Assembly: GCA_964619725.1 (NCBI GenBank)
Contig: CAZUFC010000064.1
Location: forward strand, 1 to 47,128
From: an uncultured bacterium
GTDB taxonomy: Bacteria; CSSED10-310; CAZUFC01
Direction: 5' to 3'
Length of the DNA stretch: 47,128 nucleotides
Under the pieces are notes generated by a model that was not told the origin of the DNA, did not search any database, and saw only the letters and a program-made list of their open reading frames with translations. A program made the position numbers and the translations under genes. Position 1 is the stretch's first letter; the number at the start of each line of letters is the position of its first letter. This document shows positions 30,501-40,129 of the stretch, one piece after another.

Positions 30501-33500
30501 TTCAAAGAAATCGTTGAATCGCTTATCGTCAGCTCCGTTCCGTTATACAGATAGATGCCGTAGGAGGTGTTGTCATGGATGTTTGAAAATGTGATCTGAG
30601 GATTCGAGCCGTTGCGGCTGTAAACTCCTATGCCGCTCGCATAGCCTATCTCACAATTGTCTATTACGGGATTCGAGGCGTTATGGGCATAAACGCAGGC
30701 GCCGTTAGAATACAGTATCCGGGAATGGCGTATCGTCGGTGAACTGGCCGTGCAATAAATTCCCTCAAAACTGCTGTAACCGCCGTAGAGCAGATCGCAA
30801 TATTCCAGCAAACAAATCGAATCGTCGGCATAATCATAGAAATATATGCCGTCCCAATACCCAACGCTTTCGACATCGCCTGTAAAAATGATGTTTTCTC
30901 CGGATGTTCCCTGGGCTAAAAGCGCACCGGGATAATTCACATCATTGCTGCCGATAAAAAATCCTGTTGCGGAATTGAACTCAAGTTCCGTCCCTTCCTC
31001 AATTTCCAGAGTCGTTACTGTGTCATCTCCGTCTGTTCCCTGGACCGTTACGTCGCCCGCAATGTAATAAGGCTTAAGTTGATCATACCAGAAGGAGTCC
31101 AGACTCACGGTGTCTCCGACTACATAAATCCGGTCAAGTCCTCCGTTATAGACGTAGGAATTCAGAGGCAAACCTATTTTCCATACGTTTCGGGCATATA
31201 CGTAAATCGGATTGTTGATGTTGCCGACGAAAGAATTCCCGGTTATGTAAGGAGCCGTCGTCGCATTGTTGCAGTAAATGCCATAACCGCCGTTCCCGCC
31301 GATAATGTTGTCCGTTATCATGGTTTCGCAATCGCCGGACAGATAAATTCCCGCATATCCGCCCCCGCTGTCGGAAATGATGCTGTCGCTGATGCTACCG
31401 TTACAATTGGAAAAAACTATGTTGTACCAGCCGCTTTCCACAATCGTGCAGCCCTCGATCACTGGAGATGCGTAAGTCGCATAGAATCCCGTGTAAGCGG
31501 AATAACGGATGGTACAATTGTAAAGCTGAGGACTCGAATAATTGCAATGCACCGGGTAATGATAAGCATTTGAGAAATACTGTCCGCCGTACTCAATGGT
31601 CGTCCAGTCTAATTGACATAAAGCATCCTCAGCATAAACCGCAAAATAAATGTCTCCCCATGATCCGGGACTCGGAGAAACAGATGTGGAAGTTATTAAT
31701 ACGGGATTACTTTCTGTCCCTTCACAGAGAAAACCGCCGGGATAACTCGCATTCGAATCGTGACCGATATAAATTCTGGCCGTACTCGGCAGCTTGATCG
31801 TCGTTCCCTCCTGCAACGTTAAAGTCGTCACGCTGTCCGCACCGGACTCGCCTCTCACCGTGATGCCGCCTGACATGTAATAAGCGGTATCCTGGCCTTC
31901 CCAGACAGCATCCTTAGATATGGTCTGCGAAACGACATAAATGTCCTTGTCCAGAGCATTTCCCGTTATGTCGGGACAGAATGTCGCATAGATGTAAATC
32001 GTATAATCCGCAATGTTGTTCGTGATCGTGTTGTCCGAAATGACCGGGCCTGTTCCGGCATCGTCGCAGTATATCCCGTAGCCGGCATTTGAATCGATCA
32101 GACAATCGCTGATCGCAGGGTCAGACTCGTTGCCGTTCAAATAAATCCCGTGACTACCGTTGTTTAAAATATCGCAGGCCGTAATCGTCGGACTGCTTTC
32201 ATTCGCGTATATTCCATACGAAGTGCAATCGCTGATTTCGCAATTCAGGATGCCGGGCGATGAATAATAACAGTAAATTCCATAACTGTAGGCGTTCGTG
32301 ATGATTGAATCTTCAATTATTGGATTCGCATAATTGCAATATACTGACCGAATATCGTAACCGCCGTTTTCCAGGATGCAATATTTCAGATGACAGGTAA
32401 AATCATCGCTGAAATTGGAAAAATAAATGCCGTCCCAGTATCCTGAGCCGACTCGCCTGAATATGATTTCTTCATCTGCAGCGCCGATTGCGCTGATTGA
32501 ACCGGGCTGATTGGGATCGGAATCATGCCCGACGGTTATGCCCAGAGTTCCCGTAAATTCAACTATTGTCCCGGGCTCAATCGTTACTTTGGTTAAGAAA
32601 TCAGGCCCGTGCTGCCCCCGGATGTAGACTTCACCCGTAATCCGGTAAGGAATATCATAATTTTCCCATATAGCATCCTCGGCCACCGTCGCGCCCAAAC
32701 ACTCTATGTAAGAATTCCCATTTCCAGAAAAGGAATTGCCCGACGTATATCCGATACGATTAGAGCCCAGGCGCAGAGGGACACTCGTGTTGTCGTTGAA
32801 AGTCGAGTCCGCTATGGAAATCATACAGGTATTAGCGGAGCAGTATATGCCGTAGCCGTTGTTCCCGGAAAAATCTCCGGAACTGATCGAGAGCGTGCCC
32901 GTGGTATCCGCATATATGCCGTAGGACGAATTGTCGAAACTGGATGAGTAACTCAGGGTAGGACTGGATGTGTTCTGGCTCCTGATTCCATAAGATGAGC
33001 AATCATGAATCTGCACGTAATCGAGAACCGGCGCGCTGTCCCCCAGTATCCTAATTCCGTAATTGCTGCTTTCCCTCAATTCGCAATGACTGAATTCAAC
33101 GTCTGATGACTCCAGGTAAATCATCGTAGAATAGTTGCCGCCGCCATATTCGATCGTCGTATGTTCTAGTACGCTCGCATCCGAATACTGCCTGAAATAA
33201 ATGTTGTACCAATAGCCGCGGGTATGCTCCGTCTGATTCGAAGTGATTAAAACTGGATTCGCTTCGATTCCCTGACAGACTAGCGTTCCCGGACTTGTCG
33301 TCGTCCCGATGTACATCGCACGATTCTGATTGAACCGTATCTCAACTCCCTCGCCGATCGTCAATGTCGCCCCATCATACACCGTGATGTCACCCGTCAC
33401 GATGTATATCCCGTCCGTCGCCGGACTGGTCTCACCTAAAAACGTATCCACGGTTATGTTCCCGGAAATGTTTACCCACGCTCCAACTTCAATGCTCAGC

Positions 33501-33550
33501 ACCAGCGAAATTATCGCTGAAATTAATAAACTTCTCCCCACTTTTTTCAT
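27584..33550 (-). CDS. Giant secreted beta-helix repeat protein (6 units) with Pro/Thr linker, dockerin and C-terminal cohesin
   Basis: Signal peptide; six ~260-aa units (TLTIE.G..F..IG..PG.L.A.GT..GYWDGIYF..EYGG); DASYNFWG cap; dockerin DGDVNNDGEITSED..ADCMGDGQVTIGDA (~28235-28438); cohesin (~27680-28075); SD GGAGG. Confidence 0.88.
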   Translation of the reverse strand: MKKVGRSLLISAIISLVLSIEVGAWVNISGNITVDTFLGETSPATDGIYIVTGDITVYDGATLTIGEGVEIRFNQNRAMYIGTTTSPGTLVCQGIEANPVLITSNQTEHTRGYWYNIYFRQYSDASVLEHTTIEYGGGNYSTMIYLESSDVEFSHCELRESSNYGIRILGDSAPVLDYVQIHDCSSYGIRSQNTSSPTLSYSSSFDNSSYGIYADTTGTLSISSGDFSGNNGYGIYCSANTCMISIADSTFNDNTSVPLRLGSNRIGYTSGNSFSGNGNSYIECLGATVAEDAIWENYDIPYRITGEVYIRGQHGPDFLTKVTIEPGTIVEFTGTLGITVGHDSDPNQPGSISAIGAADEEIIFRRVGSGYWDGIYFSNFSDDFTCHLKYCILENGGYDIRSVYCNYANPIIEDSIITNAYSYGIYCYYSSPGILNCEISDCTSYGIYANESSPTITACDILNNGSHGIYLNGNESDPAISDCLIDSNAGYGIYCDDAGTGPVISDNTITNNIADYTIYIYATFCPDITGNALDKDIYVVSQTISKDAVWEGQDTAYYMSGGITVRGESGADSVTTLTLQEGTTIKLPSTARIYIGHDSNASYPGGFLCEGTESNPVLITSTSVSPSPGSWGDIYFAVYAEDALCQLDWTTIEYGGQYFSNAYHYPVHCNYSSPQLYNCTIRYSAYTGFYATYASPVIEGCTIVESGWYNIVFSNCNGSISDSIISDSGGGYAGIYLSGDCETMITDNIIGGNGGYGIYCNNATTAPYITGNSFVGNINNPIYVYARNVWKIGLPLNSYVYNGGLDRIYVVGDTVSLDSFWYDQLKPYYIAGDVTVQGTDGDDTVTTLEIEEGTELEFNSATGFFIGSNDVNYPGALLAQGTSGENIIFTGDVESVGYWDGIYFYDYADDSICLLEYCDLLYGGYSSFEGIYCTASSPTIRHSRILYSNGACVYAHNASNPVIDNCEIGYASGIGVYSRNGSNPQITFSNIHDNTSYGIYLYNGTELTISDSTISLNQSYGLYCNGAADVPLITNCSFTENNAYPIHIYAGNVRNISDCSYADNLYEFINVRGDTIVYDSYWEMNEPYYIEGDVYVQGQDGEEDITVLTIEAGSELHFNTQRGLYIGHDSNSTLTGGLQALGTDSARIIFGPRGSASPGYWDGIYFSRYSDDASCLMEYCNVLYGGYSGYENIYCYDSSPVFRHCIFNYNSGYGVYAHSNAAPVLENCYIGNSTSYGLYANTNADPSLINCMIHDNESYGIYVNNSSHVTLQDSTVTGNNWGLYCNGGYDSATVNGCTFSENSNYPVRMYASQTHGVTGCAYVDNDYQQFYVYGDTITKDSVWVDQGIPYYIHSAAHVFVQGKDGADQVTTWTIEPGAELMINSIYLWIGHDSNANYPGALVAEGTASEPVIFTSDMPNPAPGDWHGIYFAAHSDDAITSLQHCVIEYGGAGAAYENVQCYESSPVLSNCEISYGAGNGVRAYTNNARPTLTDCWIHDNTSSGVYAEPGTVSINGGVIENNPSYGIYIQEASAAMNHSLIDGAVIRYNSGYGIYAVGSTSMPEIVNCNIHSNNAAGSGYGIYITSSAQPLIGGSASNTNYFSDHISYAVYNATTSTCIDASYNFWGKEDGPLDTQFGLDDCVDTGNSNIGAERVSEDVYYLDWTDYSPTPVPTLTPTMMPTFTPMPTEPPTMVPTPEPTFTPEPCINDGDVNNDGEITSEDCQMTYMIVLGAYSPSYEEWCSADCMGDGQVTIGDAQCMHIFILGEDCECADAIAKGMFTGDQADEKLFGRYSKIDAPHAEVDSESIEPYGMPLDAVTEKSLDQAADVIWVNDAAGCVNEEITVEIMIRNANTEIDALGFSLEFDSEMLELTDWEVVEQDLQWIMFGCNELEPGYLKFAGFAYPDYIPAGENRTLALLKFKVLSADCRIGEQSALSLFDLKDDLTEFTAGAGRFTFCDLRFQKNGDELRFQSREHYLKETTTGYGLLD

Positions 33551-33774
33551 TTAAAAAATCTCCTCCGTTAACTGAATTGAACCGATGGTTGTCTCAGGAA
33601 CTTTTCTCCCGCATTATAAAAATGCAAAAGTCCCCCCTGTTTGAAAAACACACTTGACCGTTTTTTTCTTCTCATGCCTTTTCCTGCGGCGCCTGTCCCG
33701 CAGTTGATGATGTGATGATTCAGTTCGACCAATACTCGAAGAAAAAAATCTTCATTTGATCACAATCAAGATTA

Positions 33775-33804
33775 ATTTTATTGAAAAAATAATGCAAAAG
33801 TCAA
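33775..33804 (-). promoter_or_regulatory. Putative promoter of the dockerin/scaffoldin operon
   Basis: Minus strand TTGACT, 18 bp, TAAAAT, about 225 nt upstream of ATG 33550. Confidence 0.4.
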
Positions 33805-34065
33805 GCGAAGCGATGGAATTTTTCGAGTTCCAATCATAAGTAAATTATTGTATAATTATATTTTTGAGTATTCAGACAGGATTGGACTTCAATGGCATTC
33901 GAATTGGAGAGTTCCGGACATTTCTGATGAAAGGAGATTGACAAAGGCTGACAGGTAGTTTAAAGATTTATTCAGTGATTCGGCGGTAAAGAATGGCGAA
34001 GCTGTGCAGCAGTAAAGAGCTTGCATCGTCTAACGAGACGCTTGCGGACATAAGGAGGTAAAGAA

Positions 34066-35187
34066 ATGGCGGATCAGGCGAGTACTTTATTGGAGCTGGC
34101 GAAGGTCCGTGCGGATAATCGTGAGGTATTAAACGCGATAGCAGGTGTTCAGGGGACGGCCCTGGGATTGAAAAATTATGATCCAGCGACGGACCTGCCG
34201 TCGGGTGATCCTTGCATTATCGTATATGTACCGCACAAGATACATGAGAAATTTTTATCAGAGGCGATGACCATCCCGGAGCGTCTGACGAGCAGAGACG
34301 GGCTACTGGAAGCGCTGACGGACGTAGTTGTAACCACAGTTCCCGATACTGCGGAAGAAGCGCCTGAATTGAGCGAAGAAAATAAAGCGCTTATCGGAAC
34401 GCTTCAGTGGATGGACGGCAAGATGGACTATATCGGTCCCGGCGTTCAGATAGGAGCGGCTGAAGTTGGAAGCGAATCGCTGGAGACATATGTCGGTACG
34501 GTGGGTTATATCGTTCGTTCCAAAACAGACCCTGAGCTGATCGGCTTCCTCACAAACCAGCATGTAGGACTTCATGCCGGACATTCTCTTTATATTCCGG
34601 GATTCAGGCAGAATGCACTTCGTATCGGCGTAACCCGGGTCGTTCTGGAGCATAAACCGGACGATGAATGGATTACGGGAATCGACGAAAAATTCGCATA
34701 TGTTCGTACGGATTCAGCATTTGTCGTTGTTGAAGAAAACATCGTACCTCACCTGAAAAATGAAATATTGAACGTAGGCCCCATAGGCGAGGTTTACGCA
34801 CCGGATTTGAATTCCATGGAGATCATAGGGAAGCCGGTGAAAAAAATCGGAAGAACCACAGGATTGCAATACGGCGTAATCACGGCATTCGGATACGGCA
34901 TACCGGGCAGCGACGAAATGATCGACAGATACATAAACAAGGAACCGGCCAATTTCTATACCGACTTTCTTATCGCCCCCCGAACGCCCAGTCGGATATT
35001 CAGCACGCACGGCGATTCCGGTTCCCCCATTCTGCTCGATACGAACGACGCTGACGCTGACAGACCTTTGGCTCTCCTCTGGGGCGGATGGCCTGCGGAC
35101 ATAGGCAGGAACAAGGGAGTCGAAGATTTAACCTACGGCATAAACCTAAACAGGATCCTGAACGAATTGAATCTGGAATTTCTCTAG
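34066..35187 (+). CDS. NAL1-like trypsin-fold serine protease, no signal peptide
   Basis: Triad motifs GFLTNQH, VRTDSAF, HGDSGSP; KIGRTTGL; LLWGG; SD AAGGAGG. Confidence 0.88.
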   Translation: MADQASTLLELAKVRADNREVLNAIAGVQGTALGLKNYDPATDLPSGDPCIIVYVPHKIHEKFLSEAMTIPERLTSRDGLLEALTDVVVTTVPDTAEEAPELSEENKALIGTLQWMDGKMDYIGPGVQIGAAEVGSESLETYVGTVGYIVRSKTDPELIGFLTNQHVGLHAGHSLYIPGFRQNALRIGVTRVVLEHKPDDEWITGIDEKFAYVRTDSAFVVVEENIVPHLKNEILNVGPIGEVYAPDLNSMEIIGKPVKKIGRTTGLQYGVITAFGYGIPGSDEMIDRYINKEPANFYTDFLIAPRTPSRIFSTHGDSGSPILLDTNDADADRPLALLWGGWPADIGRNKGVEDLTYGINLNRILNELNLEFL

Positions 35188-35346
35188 CGCAATTTTCTCA
35201 TAAAAAATGGTAATGAAAGTGTTCAGGTTTTATCAGATTCGAGCGTGTCGGACTGGAGGACTGCGGAAGCATAGCAGCGTTTGAAGCTGCAGAGATATGG
35301 ACGTTTGCAGCAGGTTTTGTATGAGGCATCCGGGTTAAGCGAATTA

Positions 35347-37074
35347 TCAAGCGGAAAGAAGGCTTCTTTGTTTGAGGGCAACGGGCAGTATAATCATTAA
35401 TAAAATACCCAGCCCACCCAGAAACAAGGCCGTTCGTTGAATGCCGGTCCATTCGAAAGCGAGTTTCACTTCGTGAATCCCGGGCGCTATATTGAAAGAA
35501 ATAAAACCATAAGGGTCTTTAGGAGAGATTTTTACAATTCGGTCATCAATGTATGCCCGCCAGCCCGGAAAATACAATGTACGAACCGTCAGAGAGCAGG
35601 ATTCTGCGGCATCGACAATAGCGACTATCCGGGTATTTGTGTCGATTTCGACGACCGATCTCGACAGGCATTGATTCGGTTCTATCAGCGATTCGGGATC
35701 GGTCCGTGCGCCCAGGTCGTTGCGAGGGTCTCGTTTAACCCAAACAGGCGTATATTCGTCTGCCGCTACTGTCGTAGTCCCGCATTTCATGCAGGTTTCG
35801 CGGCCGAGGGAATGTTTTGATTGTACTATTACGGTGGGCCGGGAATGATGCCACGCTTGCGGAAGAAGGATCGCAACGATCAATACCGCTGTCGGCCACC
35901 ACCGCGAATTGGAATTCTTTTTAAATAGAGGGGTCAGGGCCGGCAGTCCAAGCACGGCAAAAAACCCGGCAATGCCTGCGAACCGCCAGGGGTATCCCAC
36001 ATACTGAAGCAGGGGGACGGCATCCCATAATGGTTTGGCCGGCGGCATCATTAAAAAAATCGTTATCAGGCTGCAAAAACCCGCCGTTAATGTCGCCGGA
36101 GCAATTGTTTTTTGCGCTCGCCTGCGTGTAATGAAATATGAAAAAAATATGCCTGCCGGAATGCCGAGAAGAAGCAGAAAGCCTAATCCCCCAAATTCCC
36201 AGGAGGGATCAGCCAATCTTGGAAAGGAAATGAAATGCTGTTTGTAGTCGACCCGTGGACTGTCGATCAATCGACCGATATTGATGAGCGAGCGATGTTG
36301 AAACGCTGGAAGCCAGTAAGGCGCAGCAGCAAGGAGTCCGGCAGACATGGCGAGACAAGTTTTAAAGCAGGTTCGAATTTTCCTTCCGCGCAGTATGGCA
36401 AATCCCCATAACGTAATAAAGGGAAAGCTTATGAACCAGACGGCATTATGAGCGGTAATTAATGCGGCTGTGCCGACTGCAAGCAGGATCGCTCCTGTGC
36501 GTTCCCGTCCATTTTGAAAATCCAGGAAACCGAGAACCGGCAGGGGCAAAACAGCCAGGGCGAGAGATTCAGCCAGGGCTCCTCTGGTAAAATATACCGC
36601 CATACGATAGGGAAACAGCATCCATGCAGCAGCAGCCAGCACAGCGGCAGATCGGCTTCCCAAACGTAAACCGATCCTGTAGATAAACCAGCCTGAAGCC
36701 GTCAATGAGATCATGGCGATGATCTTTACCGAGGCGATCACGCCCGAACCGGCCAATTGCAGAAAGCCGGAAATCATAGAAAACAAAGGTGGATAAAAAT
36801 ACAGCAGGGGATATCCATATCCCCCGAACAATTCCCGGGACCACCGGGGAAATATTTGTCCCTCACTGATAGCCCGGCCGACCGCTGAACTCCTCATTAA
36901 TCCGCCCACCATGTCATGCGCACCCCAGGAATAACGGAAATTCAACACATTTCTGAAGGCAAACAGCGTAAAAATCAGGAACAACGTCAGCATAAGCGCA
37001 TCCTGCCGACATAACTTCGGGGGCGCTTTTAACGCCGGTTTCAGCTTTTTTGCCGTTTTGTCTTTGCCGATCAT
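35347..37074 (-). CDS. Polytopic membrane protein, PTPS-related/YfhO-like putative GT-C glycosyltransferase
   Basis: FPRWSRELFGGYGYPLLYFYPPL, RGALAE, QYVGYPWRF, C-terminal YFPGWRAYIDD..GIHEVKLAF; start ATG 37074 after GAGG (ORF track starts at 37125). Confidence 0.8.
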   Translation of the reverse strand: MIGKDKTAKKLKPALKAPPKLCRQDALMLTLFLIFTLFAFRNVLNFRYSWGAHDMVGGLMRSSAVGRAISEGQIFPRWSRELFGGYGYPLLYFYPPLFSMISGFLQLAGSGVIASVKIIAMISLTASGWFIYRIGLRLGSRSAAVLAAAAWMLFPYRMAVYFTRGALAESLALAVLPLPVLGFLDFQNGRERTGAILLAVGTAALITAHNAVWFISFPFITLWGFAILRGRKIRTCFKTCLAMSAGLLAAAPYWLPAFQHRSLINIGRLIDSPRVDYKQHFISFPRLADPSWEFGGLGFLLLLGIPAGIFFSYFITRRRAQKTIAPATLTAGFCSLITIFLMMPPAKPLWDAVPLLQYVGYPWRFAGIAGFFAVLGLPALTPLFKKNSNSRWWPTAVLIVAILLPQAWHHSRPTVIVQSKHSLGRETCMKCGTTTVAADEYTPVWVKRDPRNDLGARTDPESLIEPNQCLSRSVVEIDTNTRIVAIVDAAESCSLTVRTLYFPGWRAYIDDRIVKISPKDPYGFISFNIAPGIHEVKLAFEWTGIQRTALFLGGLGILLMIILPVALKQRSLLSA

Positions 37075-37417
37075 TTTCCTCTTTGCCTCCTGCGCAGTAT
37101 AACAGTCATTGTCCAGAACCGGCAAATCATTATCGATTGAAAAGCTGAATTGATTTTGGGAGAGAAAAATGGTATCCGTTTACAGAGTGAAGGGGCAAGC
37201 ATTGTTCGATTCTTCAGAGGGGCGCAGTAATAGCCGCAGGATATCGCAGCCGGGGAGGAACGGTAGATGAACATGACGAAAAAGAGGCATATAATTCACA
37301 ATCAACGTTGAAAGTTGCGGCGAGATAAAGATTCCGACTTATCGAATTTTTGTCCTGTGATCTGACGTAAAATTTAAAGTTTAAGTTTTTCCAAACTTTA
37401 AAGAAAGGAGACTTCGA

Positions 37418-37627
37418 ATGGAACATAGAAACTGGCAATGTCCGAAATGCAACAATCAGCAGTTTGAAACGGGTCAGTTTGCTGCAACTGGAGGCGGTTT
37501 ATCGAAATTCTTCAATATTCAGAACAAAAAATATTCCACCGTTACCTGCTCAAGGTGCCGGTACACGGAAATATATCAGGCTGATACGAGCGCTTTGAGC
37601 AATATTCTGGATTTCTTCGGCAATTGA
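37418..37627 (+). CDS. Small zinc-ribbon protein (YpzJ/DUF2082-like)
   Basis: CPKC..ATGGGLSKFFNIQNKK..CSRCRYTEIY..NILDFF; SD AAGGAG. Confidence 0.85.
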   Translation: MEHRNWQCPKCNNQQFETGQFAATGGGLSKFFNIQNKKYSTVTCSRCRYTEIYQADTSALSNILDFFGN

Positions 37628-37639
37628 TAAGCGCTCGGT

Positions 37640-39958
37640 ATGACGATTCAGATGAAAAAAGAGCGAAAAATTCCCAAAGCAAAAGCAGCGGGGGGAATTT
37701 TAATTATAGTGGGATTGCTTTTGGTCAGGATTTTTTCGGGGTTATCGCCTGACGCGCCGCGAGTATTGCAATTATTGTCTGCGGATACTTTATACAATGT
37801 ACCTTTGCAGTTGCAGATGAATATTCCTTTGTTGCTGGGCTTTTTATTGACAGCTTCGGGATTCGTTTTATGGCTGTTGTGCTCCGGGAAATCGGATGAA
37901 AAAGAAGAGGGAGCGCTACAAAAGGGGCCGGTTTGGGTGTTTCCGGGATTGATCGTTTTGATTCTGGCAGCGGCTTTTCTGCGCTTTTGGCGGCTGTCGT
38001 CTTTACCTCCCGGTTTTTTTGTGGATGAAGGATTCAATGCTCTTGACGGCCTGAATATTGCGCTGGGCCAGGAACTTCCCATTTATGCAATAGGCAACGG
38101 CGGCCGTGAGGTGTTGTTCGAATATTTGATGGCTTTATCTTATCTGTTTTTCGGCGCGACCGTATTCGCATCGAGATTTCCGGCGGCTGTGGCGGGTGTT
38201 CTGACTGTTCCCGCTGTTTATATCCTCGGACGTGAAATATTACGGGACAGGCGTTGGGCGCTCCTGTGCGCTTTTTTCAGCGCCGTAAGCGTGTGGCACT
38301 TGCATTTCAGCCGATTGCCTTTTCGGTATGTATTGCTGCCGCTTGTATGTGCGCTGTCCGCAGCCTGGATGCTGGAAGGGCTTCGCACCAGGAAGCTCAT
38401 TCCCTGGCTTCTGGCCGGCGTTGCTCTTGGATTGGGAGTCCATACCTATGTGCCGATTAGGCTGTTTCCTGCAGTATTATTACTGATTTTATCGGGAGCC
38501 TGGTTTCGGGGTGAGCGCCCTAAATTCCTCCACTTGTCGGCCTGTATTGTCGCTGCGGGCCTGCTGACGCTGCCTCTTGTCCTGTTTTTTCTTTCCGATG
38601 CGGGGCAGGTGATGCAGCGGGTCTCGCAGACGCTGCTCTATGGACCGGGACGGTACTGGTGGCCCGGAATACTTAACACCGGCAGCAGAACTATCGCCAT
38701 GTTCTGGCTTTGGGGCGACGTGCTTGTCAGACACAATTGTCCTACATATCCGGCGCTGAATTGGGCGACAGGCGCCTTTTTTATGCTGGGTTTGGGAACA
38801 GCCTTGCGACGATTCCGTAAAGGTCCCGGACCGGCCCTGGTCGGCTGGGCGCTGGTGATGAGTTTTCCGGCTATGATTTCATGCGGCGTTCCGTCCGCAT
38901 CAAGAAGCCTGGGCGCTTTTCCTGCTGTTATGATACTGGCGGCAATGGGCTTCAGAAGTTTTTACAACATTCTCTCAATAAAAACGGCCCGTTTTTTCTT
39001 ATTCGCAACGCTTGTTTTCCCCGTTATTTTGGGTTCCTATCGTTACTTTATCACCTGGCCTGAAATACTGGAGCGAATTCCTCTTAAAAATGAATCGGTG
39101 TGGGGTTTCTCAACACCTGAAGCAGGTCTGGTCGATAAATTGCTGCCGCAAGGAGAACCTATACCCCAACTGGAAACCAAACCTCTTTACTTCAGTCCGC
39201 AGCTATTTTTGCATCCTGCCCTGCAATTCCAGTTGTTCCGTAAGCTGGACTTGAAGATGGCAGGGAACCTCCGACCTGACTGGCGTCCCTCGGCTGTTTC
39301 AAATGACAGAATTATCCTTAACGTTACCAGAAGAAATCTGTGGTGGATTCGCAACTCCCCTCAAAAAAACATGTTTCTCTGGCAAACTGCCGAATACGGC
39401 ATGGATAACGCTCACATAACCGGACAAATTTACCACGCTTACGGAACCGGCGCTCCGGTTATGGACTCGGACCGACGACTGCTGGAAAGGTTGGGCGAAT
39501 TTTATCCCCGTGGGAGAGCATTCGGATTGGGGGAAGGTTTCGTTATGTTCCAGACATATCACGAGGATGCGCCTGAATTCGGAAAAGGTTTCATGGGATG
39601 GGAAACAGATGAAAAGGGTAATGAAACGTGGCGCTGGATGGGGTCTGAAGCTGAAATAAAAGTTCATTGCAGGGAGAATTGCCCTGAAAAACTGATAATC
39701 AAAGGCGAAGCGCCCATCGAAAATCTCAGTAAACCGCCTGTTTTATCCCTCGCTATCAATTCGAAGGAATTGTTCACTCAAAATATAAAAGACAAAAAAT
39801 TGCTGCTGAACATCGATCTGCCGCAGGATTTGCAACCCTCAGACCCCGCTGTTTTCAGAATAACCGTGGATGAAACCATGATTCCGGAACAAAGCGGTTT
39901 GTCCTCCGAAGATCAAAGAGAATTGGGACTGCGCATAATGGAACTGTGGACGATGTGA
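37640..39958 (+). CDS. ArnT/PMT-like (GT39/GT83) GT-C membrane glycosyltransferase with C-terminal beta domain
   Basis: LRFWRLSSLPPGFFVDEG, SRFPAAVAGVLTV, WHLHFSR, HTY; C-terminal WRWMG..DQRELG. Confidence 0.85.
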   Translation: MTIQMKKERKIPKAKAAGGILIIVGLLLVRIFSGLSPDAPRVLQLLSADTLYNVPLQLQMNIPLLLGFLLTASGFVLWLLCSGKSDEKEEGALQKGPVWVFPGLIVLILAAAFLRFWRLSSLPPGFFVDEGFNALDGLNIALGQELPIYAIGNGGREVLFEYLMALSYLFFGATVFASRFPAAVAGVLTVPAVYILGREILRDRRWALLCAFFSAVSVWHLHFSRLPFRYVLLPLVCALSAAWMLEGLRTRKLIPWLLAGVALGLGVHTYVPIRLFPAVLLLILSGAWFRGERPKFLHLSACIVAAGLLTLPLVLFFLSDAGQVMQRVSQTLLYGPGRYWWPGILNTGSRTIAMFWLWGDVLVRHNCPTYPALNWATGAFFMLGLGTALRRFRKGPGPALVGWALVMSFPAMISCGVPSASRSLGAFPAVMILAAMGFRSFYNILSIKTARFFLFATLVFPVILGSYRYFITWPEILERIPLKNESVWGFSTPEAGLVDKLLPQGEPIPQLETKPLYFSPQLFLHPALQFQLFRKLDLKMAGNLRPDWRPSAVSNDRIILNVTRRNLWWIRNSPQKNMFLWQTAEYGMDNAHITGQIYHAYGTGAPVMDSDRRLLERLGEFYPRGRAFGLGEGFVMFQTYHEDAPEFGKGFMGWETDEKGNETWRWMGSEAEIKVHCRENCPEKLIIKGEAPIENLSKPPVLSLAINSKELFTQNIKDKKLLLNIDLPQDLQPSDPAVFRITVDETMIPEQSGLSSEDQRELGLRIMELWTM

Positions 39959-39980
39959 TCCCCTTCGAATATTTAATGTA

Positions 39981-40129
39981 AGCATTGATCAAAAATGCGT
40001 CCCTTGAGGTTGCAATTCTTCCTAGTATCCCATCATTTTGTTTCGATTCCGATCGCGATACCGACCCCGATTACTGAAACAAATCGTCAAAAGTTTTGGA
40101 AGAAGTGTAATCCCGGTTTGATCAGTCAC
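39981..40129 (+). mobile_element. MITE family A, copy 2 (149 bp, 5 hexamer units)
   Basis: Exact 8-bp direct repeat TTAATGTA at 39973-39980 and 40130-40137; ends AGCATTGATCAAA..TTTGATCAGTCAC. Confidence 0.9.

Noticed and set aside
27584-33550. Autotransporter or classical cellulosome interpretation
   Set aside because: No C-terminal beta-barrel with a terminal aromatic residue, and no glycoside hydrolase or CBM3 motifs seen
33551-33775. Riboswitch (e.g. c-di-GMP) in the long leader of the giant surface protein
   Set aside because: A hairpin is present near 33597-33635, but I see no GEMM or other recognisable aptamer consensus
37267-37311. 14-aa sORF MNMTKKRHIIHNQR after GGAGG
   Set aside because: Too short to support without conservation or ribosome profiling, and no attenuator features
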